Assembly: GCA_964601935.1 (NCBI GenBank)
Contig: CAZROP010000001.1
Coordinates: 275,661 to 339,660 of the forward strand
From: an uncultured Candidatus Saccharibacteria bacterium
Lineage (GTDB): Bacteria; Patescibacteriota; Minisyncoccia; Phycocordibacterales; UBA1006
Reading direction: 5' to 3'
DNA: 64,000 nucleotides
Below, piece after piece: positions 58,037 to 64,000 of the stretch; the first letter of the stretch is position 1, and the number at the start of each line of letters is the position of its first letter. The notes under the pieces were generated by a model. The model made no database searches. It had not been told where the DNA came from and worked only from the letters and a program-made list of their open reading frames with translations. Made by a program: the position numbers and the translations under genes.

Positions 58037-61000
58037 ATGGAATCAAGTTCATACACCAGTATACCAGCATCTAAAAGAGCGCAAGAAGAAGAACGCGTCA
58101 TGCGAAAGTGGCGCGATAGAAATATCTTTCACCAAACACTATCCAAAGACTCTCCTCAGGGTAACTTTGTATTTTACGAAGGACCACCAGGAGCAAACAG
58201 TGCTCCTATGATTCATCATCTTGAAGCACGTGCCTTCAAGGATATTATCCCTCGGTATAAAACGATGAGAGGATTTCATGTAGATCGTCGTGCGGGTTGG
58301 GATTGTCATGGGCTTCCAGTAGAATTGCAGGCAGAAAAAGAATTGGGGTTGAAGTCAAAAAAAGAAATTGAAACATACGGTATAGCGCAATACAACGCAT
58401 ATTGTCGTGACCTCGCATTTCGCTATACCAGTGTTTGGAATGATTTCACTGAAAGAATTGGCTACTGGGTTGATAATGATCGTGCGTATTACACAATGCA
58501 GAACTCATTCATGGAGTCCGCATGGAATATTGTGAGTCGTGCACATGAAGCGGGACATTTGTATAAAGGATATAAAATCCTACCGTGGTGCACACGTTGT
58601 GGTACGGGGCTGTCCTCGCATGAACTAGGTCAGCCGGGAGTATATGAGGACGTAAAAGATCTGTCGATATATGCAAAGTTCAAACTCATCCCAGGCCAAC
58701 TGATCGGTGATTGGGAAGTGACAGACAATACATACATTGTTGCATGGACCACAACACCGTGGACGTTGCCAGGTAATGTGGCGTTAGCAGTGAGCAATGA
58801 TATAGAGTACGCAGTATTCGAAAAGACTGATGAACCAGGCAATATATATATCACATCATTCGATTATTATAAAAGAACCGCAGGAGGAACTACCAGTGTT
58901 GAGGTGCAATATAATGAAAGACTTGTGAAAAGTGAGTGGATAATGGGAAGTAGTCTTGTCGGTATAAGATATGAACCTCTGTATCCATTCCTCTCTCAAA
59001 TTGCTAATGAAGAAGAATCTATAAAACTTGAAAATGCCTTCAAGGTATACGCTGCAGATTTTGTGACGACAACTGAAGGTACTGGTGTAGTGCATATCGC
59101 TCCTATGTATGGCACTGATGACTTTGACCTAGCTACAGAAAAGAACTTGCCCAAAGTTCATATCATAGATGACTCAGGGTGTTATCTGCCCCAGTGCGGC
59201 GACTTGTCAGAATTGTATGTAAAAGAGAAAAATGAAAAAGGTGGGGAAGTTGTCGGTATTAAGATTCTAGAGGACTTGGATAGTCGTCAGTTGCGTTTCA
59301 AAAAAGAAAGCTACTCACACAGCTATCCCCACTGCTGGCGATGTAAAACTCCTATATTATATTTTGCTCGTTCATCGTGGTATTTCAAAATGTCTCAACT
59401 AGCAGAAAAGATGGTAGAAATGAATGCAGGTATCAATTGGGAGCCGGATCATATAAAAGACGGGCGTTTCGGTGAATGGTTGCGTAATATCAAGGACTGG
59501 GCAATATCACGAGACCGCTACTGGGGCACTCCATTGCCTGTATGGGAAACTACTGATGGGATGCAGAAAGTCGTTATAGATAGTGTTCAAGCCCTGCGTC
59601 AATATACAAAGAAATCTGGCAATACCTACATAGGTATTCGTCATGGAGAGTCAGAAAATAATATATCGAATATATGGAACATGGACGCAGAGGTGGAATA
59701 CGGTCTGACCGAGATCGGTAGAGAGCAAGTACGTAATTCAGCCGAAGTTCTCCGCGATAAGGGGATTACCAAAATAGTTACGTCACCATTTGCGCGTACG
59801 CGCGAAACAGCAGGAATTATCGCTGATATTTTGGGTATTGAGGTGCAGATAGATGCGCGCTTGTCAGAGTATGGTGCCGGTGCCTTGTTCGAAGGGTCTA
59901 CCATAGATCACGAGTCTCGCTATGATTCTATGAGTGATCCTTATAGAGATAATTTATACGAAGGCGAATCTTTGCAGGATTTATTCATGAGGACGGGCGA
60001 GTTACTTTACGAGCTAGAGTCCGTATTCCAAGGAGAAACTATACTGATAGTGAGTCACATGAGCCCGCTTGTCGCGATGCGTTATCATAGTACAGCACCA
60101 CTAGAATCTCCGTATTCATATTACCGCAGAGAGGATACGGCTGGAATCAAGAACGCTCAAATAGTTGAATTACCATTTGTCTCTATGCCTCACAATGCAG
60201 AGTACGAAGTAGATTTGCACAAGCCATACATCGATCAGATATCACTCACCTTGCCTGATGGTGCAGAGCTGGTGCGCACGCCTGAAGTGATGGATGTTTG
60301 GTTCGATAGCGGGTGTATGCCATTGGCACAGGACCACTTTCCATTCGAGAATTCCGATCTGTTAGATCGGGGTGGTTATCCTGCAGATTATATTTCAGAG
60401 GCAATAGATCAGACGCGTGGCTGGTTCTATACATTAGTGGCAGTAGCTGCGCTATTGGATATGGAGGCACCATTTAAAAGTGTAATATGTCTGGGTCATG
60501 TTCTGGATGACACGGGGCAAAAGATGTCGAAGTCAAAGGGTAACACGGTCGATCCGTGGGAGCAGATACATAAGTATGGAGCTGACGTTGTGCGTCTGTG
60601 GATGTTCACCGTCAGTCAGCCAGGGGATTCAAAAAGTTACGATGAAAAGTCCTTGGCTGACTTACAGAACAAGTTTTTCACAATGCTAGAAAATTGTATA
60701 AGTTTTTACGAATTGTACAAAGAATCTGAAATAGGTGATTACCAGGCGCAGGCGCTGGAATCTAGTAGTATTTTGGACCAATGGATAATTAATCTATTAC
60801 ATAAAACAGGGTCAGAAGTTACAGGTTATTTGGATGAATATAAAGTATTTGAATCTTCTCGTCTGTTGCGTGAATTTGTGCTGGATTTGTCGCAGTGGTA
60901 TATTCGCCGATCGCGAGACCGAGTTCGCACAGACAGTAGAGACAAGCGTGATGCTCTCGCTACCATGAAATACGTATTTAGTGAATTCGCTAAATTGATC

Positions 61001-61585
61001 GCTCCATTCACCCCATTTTTTGCCGAGAGCATATATGAAAGAATGGAGGGGATAAAAGACTCTATACATTTGGAGGAGTGGACTGACTATAGTAAGAATG
61101 AAATAGATAATGGCTTGATTTCGAATATGCAGGGTGTTCGTATGCTGATATCCTCTCTATTAGAGTTGCGCGCACGCAGTGGAATAAAAGTCCGCCAGCC
61201 TCTCGCTAGTGTAACGCTGACAAAAAAGTATGAAGACATACTCAACGAACAGATGATAGAGCTCATACAAGATGAGTTAAATGTGAAGGAGGTATTGTTC
61301 GCTGATCGGGAAGATGTTGCTCTCGACACTGACATAACTCCCGAACTCTTCTCAGAAGGAGATGCACGTGAGGTTATTCGTACTGTGCAGGAATTGCGTA
61401 AACAGGCGAGTATGGTGCCATCAGACATGGTTACTATTTTAATGAATCGATTACCCGATCCTGTACTACGGCACCGAGAAATGATTATGTCGATAACTGG
61501 TGCTAGTGATATTGTAATCGATGGATCGGCTACGAATGCCATTACTCTGCACGATGGTAGTGATGTTCATATTGGTATTGTATAA
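58037..61585 (+). CDS. ileS: isoleucine--tRNA ligase (type 2) with inserted histidine-phosphatase domain
   Basis: FYEGPP, GWDCHGLPVE, WTTTPWTLP, DWAISRDRYWGTP, EAIDQTRGWFY, KMSKS; Ile T-box upstream. Confidence 0.96.
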   Translation: MESSSYTSIPASKRAQEEERVMRKWRDRNIFHQTLSKDSPQGNFVFYEGPPGANSAPMIHHLEARAFKDIIPRYKTMRGFHVDRRAGWDCHGLPVELQAEKELGLKSKKEIETYGIAQYNAYCRDLAFRYTSVWNDFTERIGYWVDNDRAYYTMQNSFMESAWNIVSRAHEAGHLYKGYKILPWCTRCGTGLSSHELGQPGVYEDVKDLSIYAKFKLIPGQLIGDWEVTDNTYIVAWTTTPWTLPGNVALAVSNDIEYAVFEKTDEPGNIYITSFDYYKRTAGGTTSVEVQYNERLVKSEWIMGSSLVGIRYEPLYPFLSQIANEEESIKLENAFKVYAADFVTTTEGTGVVHIAPMYGTDDFDLATEKNLPKVHIIDDSGCYLPQCGDLSELYVKEKNEKGGEVVGIKILEDLDSRQLRFKKESYSHSYPHCWRCKTPILYFARSSWYFKMSQLAEKMVEMNAGINWEPDHIKDGRFGEWLRNIKDWAISRDRYWGTPLPVWETTDGMQKVVIDSVQALRQYTKKSGNTYIGIRHGESENNISNIWNMDAEVEYGLTEIGREQVRNSAEVLRDKGITKIVTSPFARTRETAGIIADILGIEVQIDARLSEYGAGALFEGSTIDHESRYDSMSDPYRDNLYEGESLQDLFMRTGELLYELESVFQGETILIVSHMSPLVAMRYHSTAPLESPYSYYRREDTAGIKNAQIVELPFVSMPHNAEYEVDLHKPYIDQISLTLPDGAELVRTPEVMDVWFDSGCMPLAQDHFPFENSDLLDRGGYPADYISEAIDQTRGWFYTLVAVAALLDMEAPFKSVICLGHVLDDTGQKMSKSKGNTVDPWEQIHKYGADVVRLWMFTVSQPGDSKSYDEKSLADLQNKFFTMLENCISFYELYKESEIGDYQAQALESSSILDQWIINLLHKTGSEVTGYLDEYKVFESSRLLREFVLDLSQWYIRRSRDRVRTDSRDKRDALATMKYVFSEFAKLIAPFTPFFAESIYERMEGIKDSIHLEEWTDYSKNEIDNGLISNMQGVRMLISSLLELRARSGIKVRQPLASVTLTKKYEDILNEQMIELIQDELNVKEVLFADREDVALDTDITPELFSEGDAREVIRTVQELRKQASMVPSDMVTILMNRLPDPVLRHREMIMSITGASDIVIDGSATNAITLHDGSDVHIGIV

Positions 61586-61593
61586 CAGGTTGT

Positions 61594-62124
61594 ATGGGGT
61601 ACACAGTGTACAGTTCATCTGGATTAGTACTGTCGCGAATAGTAATTAGGGAAACTTCGTTGGTGTGCCGCATATTTACACAGGAGTTTGGTGTCGTAAC
61701 AGTTCAGGCAGAAAGCGGTGCCCGGTCTATAAAGTTTGCACCCTCTCTACAGGTCGGTAGTATCGGGCGGTATGATTTCGTAAGATCACGATCTGGATTC
61801 AAGCTCGTCGGCGTTATTCCACTCTATTCTGTTCAGGGGCGTAGCTATGATCCTGACGCTATTGCATTTGTGCGTATGTGTTGCGCTTATATCTTGCGTT
61901 TTGTTCCTTCCGATGAACAAGCCCTTCCAGAGCTGTATAGGTTATGTGTAGACGCTGTGAGATTTGGTCACTCTCGGACAATGTCTCCCTCCTGGTGGAA
62001 CTCTTTTCGGTTGAAAGTGCTTCATATACTGGGGTATGTCTCAGAAGAGGATCATGTCCAGACGAGGTCAGTTCGGGAAGTGGAAGGTATCATACAAAAG
62101 GCAGAGTTTAGTGCTCAGTTATAG
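61594..62124 (+). CDS. recO: RecO N-terminal-domain DNA repair protein
   Basis: GLVL......E......IFTQEFGVV...A...R..K...L; LKVLHILGY. Confidence 0.75.
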   Translation: MGYTVYSSSGLVLSRIVIRETSLVCRIFTQEFGVVTVQAESGARSIKFAPSLQVGSIGRYDFVRSRSGFKLVGVIPLYSVQGRSYDPDAIAFVRMCCAYILRFVPSDEQALPELYRLCVDAVRFGHSRTMSPSWWNSFRLKVLHILGYVSEEDHVQTRSVREVEGIIQKAEFSAQL

Positions 62125-62189
62125 TTTTTGTCTTTATTCATTGTTCACAAATAATATACCGGCTTGCTATCGTGGTATACTAATAGGGT

Positions 62190-64000
62190 ATGGCTCGTCT
62201 AGAAGATTTACAAAATCAGCTTCAGAATCAGGGTTCTGGCATGCAACCTGACTATAGAGATACTCGTATCGATAGTATGTATGTACCTAATGCCGAAGGT
62301 CCTGTAGATCATGTTCGCTATAAACCTGAGCATCCCCCTTTCGAAAAGCCGAGATTAGGTGTAGCTCGTAACTTCTTACTCCTTGCAGGTGTGTTTTTTC
62401 TCCTTGCGCTTGGCTATTTTGCATACGTATTTGGTCGTGGTGCAGGTAGTGTTTCGGAAGAAAAGGTGGGTATTGAGATTGTGGGATCGTCATTTGTAAC
62501 GAGTGGCGCTCAGTCGGATTATGAAATTGTGGTAGAAAATACAAACTCATCTCCAATACAGAATGCTGTAGTCACCCTAGAGATTCCGCGGCCTGGAGGC
62601 GATGCTCCAGAATCACTGCGTACAGAATTGGGTACCATTGATGCGCGCGCGCAAAAGCGTACCCAGTTTCCCATAACATTATTTGGTGCACAGTTCGATG
62701 ATAGAGAGTTAAGGGGTATAGTAGAGTTTTCTTTCCCTGGGTCACGTGCGACCCTGCGTCGAATACAAACATTTCCCGTGCGTATCGCACAGTCACCCGT
62801 GTCTCTAATTGTAAAGAGTGTCGATAGGCTGGTAGTGGGGCAGCCTACTGATTTGGAAATAACTATTGCAACTCAGTCGCAGTTGACCGACGTTGGTGTG
62901 CGTATTGAGTACCCTGATGGATTCGAGGTGCAATCATCATCATTACCACCTGCTGCAGGGTATTACTTTTGGGAATTTCCAAGACTATCAGCAAATAAAA
63001 ATACTACCTTACGTGTAAGTGGTGTGTTCAAGGGTCTGCCTATTTTGGGCGCGACCAATTCGTTTCGTGTAAGTGTTGGTGCTGTATCGCGCGATGAGCG
63101 TATCCTCTCTAATATCTATGCAACAAAATCTTCAGAGGTTGCTGTCTCGCAGGCGGGGATTAATGGTCTTTTATTTGTTGGAGGAGGTTCTGAAGATAGA
63201 GTGGCGGTATTTCCAGGGTCTGATATTACAGGAACAATATTAGTAACCAACACTACCAACAGTCCTGTGCGTAACGTAGCAGTGGTGTTGGGTATAGAGG
63301 GTGATTATATTGATCTAGGCAAATCAAAGGTAGGTTCGGGGCTGATAGATTCTGTAAAAAAACAAATTACCTGGGGGCCGCGTTCTGACCTGGCAGATTT
63401 AGTAGTGTTAGCTCCTGGAGCGTCGACACAAATTCCTTTTACTCTCAGTGGCAAGGCCAATTGGGTAGGAGGTTCTATGGGAGGGTTAGCGGTGTCAGTA
63501 CAAGGGCAATCGGAATCAGGTGAGCTCTTGAGTTTTGAGCGTATCGATTCTGCAACGTTTGTACAAAGTGCAAAGCTGGGTTTGCAGCAGAAAACATTAT
63601 ACAAATCAGGTCCTTTTGAGAATACAGGAGCATTACCTCCAAAAGTAGGAACCCCGACTACCTATACAATCGAGTGGGCTATTCCACCACAGGTTGTTAA
63701 TTTTTCAAATGTTCGTGTTGTAGCTGTATTGCCCGAGTATGTCTACTGGTTAGATGAAGTATTTCCTGATGGTGCACGTGTGGTGTATGATGCTGGAACC
63801 CGTACTGTTACCTGGAATCAGGGCGATGTGCCTTCGACACTTACTAATGATGTCTCTGTCTCTTTTCAGGTTAGAGTGACACCATCAATCTCCCACAAAC
63901 AAACTAGTCCCACAATAGTGGAAGCGGTCACCTTGTCTGGTACTAATACCTTAACGGGCGAGCAGTTTTCTCAGCTACGACAGAATCATTCAACGAGGTT
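62190..64000 (+). CDS. membrane-anchored multi-Ig/DUF11-like protein (runs off the window; not in ORF track)
   Basis: ATG 62190 after TGGTATACT; MARLEDLQNQL..., one TM, YEIVVENT, later GPFENTGALPPKVGTPTTYTIEW; frame spot-checked, not translated end to end. Confidence 0.8.
   Translation, partial: MARLEDLQNQLQNQGSGMQPDYRDTRIDSMYVPNAEGPVDHVRYKPEHPPFEKPRLGVARNFLLLAGVFFLLALGYFAYVFGRGAGSVSEEKVGIEIVGSSFVTSGAQSDYEIVVENTNSSPIQNAVVTLEIPRPGGDAPESLRTELGTIDARAQKRTQFPITLFGAQFDDRELRGIVEFSFPGSRATLRRIQTFPVRIAQSPVSLIVKSVDRLVVGQPTDLEITIATQSQLTDVGVRIEYPDGFEVQSSSLPPAAGYYFWEFPRLSANKNTTLRVSGVFKGLPILGATNSFRVSVGAVSRDERILSNIYATKSSEVAVSQAGINGLLFVGGGSEDRVAVFPGSDITGTILVTNTTNSPVRNVAVVLGIEGDYIDLGKSKVGSGLIDSVKKQITWGPRSDLADLVVLAPGASTQIPFTLSGKANWVGGSMGGLAVSVQGQSESGELLSFERIDSATFVQSAKLGLQQKTLYKSGPFENTGALPPKVGTPTTYTIEWAIPPQVVNFSNVRVVAVLPEYVYWLDEVFPDGARVVYDAGTRTVTWNQGDVPSTLTNDVSVSFQVRVTPSISHKQTSPTIVEAVTLSGTNTLTGEQFSQLRQNHSTR

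Noticed and set aside
1-64000. CRISPR array, DGR/retron, prophage, or TGA recoding
   Set aside because: No regularly spaced repeats, reverse transcriptase or phage structural genes were seen. Conserved genes are intact under code 11 and several ORFs end in TGA with coupled starts.

Overview
Gene-dense bacterial chromosome segment using genetic code 11 (TGA serves as stop). Gene content and style point to a Patescibacteria/CPR, Parcubacteria-like genome (inference). Housekeeping genes: rpmB, adk, map, PBP1A, ruvC, ruvB, tyrS, dnaE, rnhB, tsaE, polA, ileS, recO. Also present are an ECF sigma/anti-sigma cassette, a PilB-like ATPase, large surface proteins and a Patescibacteria-type T4SS-like cluster (VirB6-like, PrgI, VirB4, pilin-NlpC/P60) at ~37.5-57.7 kb. 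The most unusual part is ~10.8-20.1 kb. It holds (i) four ORF-free promoter-to-terminator units that look like non-coding RNA genes, including a ~580-nt multi-domain structured RNA candidate (19510-20095) and a ~180-nt rod-like, possibly 6S-like RNA (18373-18556), and (ii) three tandem two-gene cassettes (lipoprotein plus single-TM partner) with near-identical signal peptides but diverged mature domains. Other points: an ultrashort-Stem-I Ile T-box coupled to a terminator; an IleRS2 with a MIHH signature and an inserted histidine-phosphatase domain; pervasive leaderless-type starts; two families of palindromic intergenic repeats. No rRNA, tRNA, CRISPR array, integrase, transposase or reverse transcriptase was recognised. 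All RNA pairings were found by eye, not computed.
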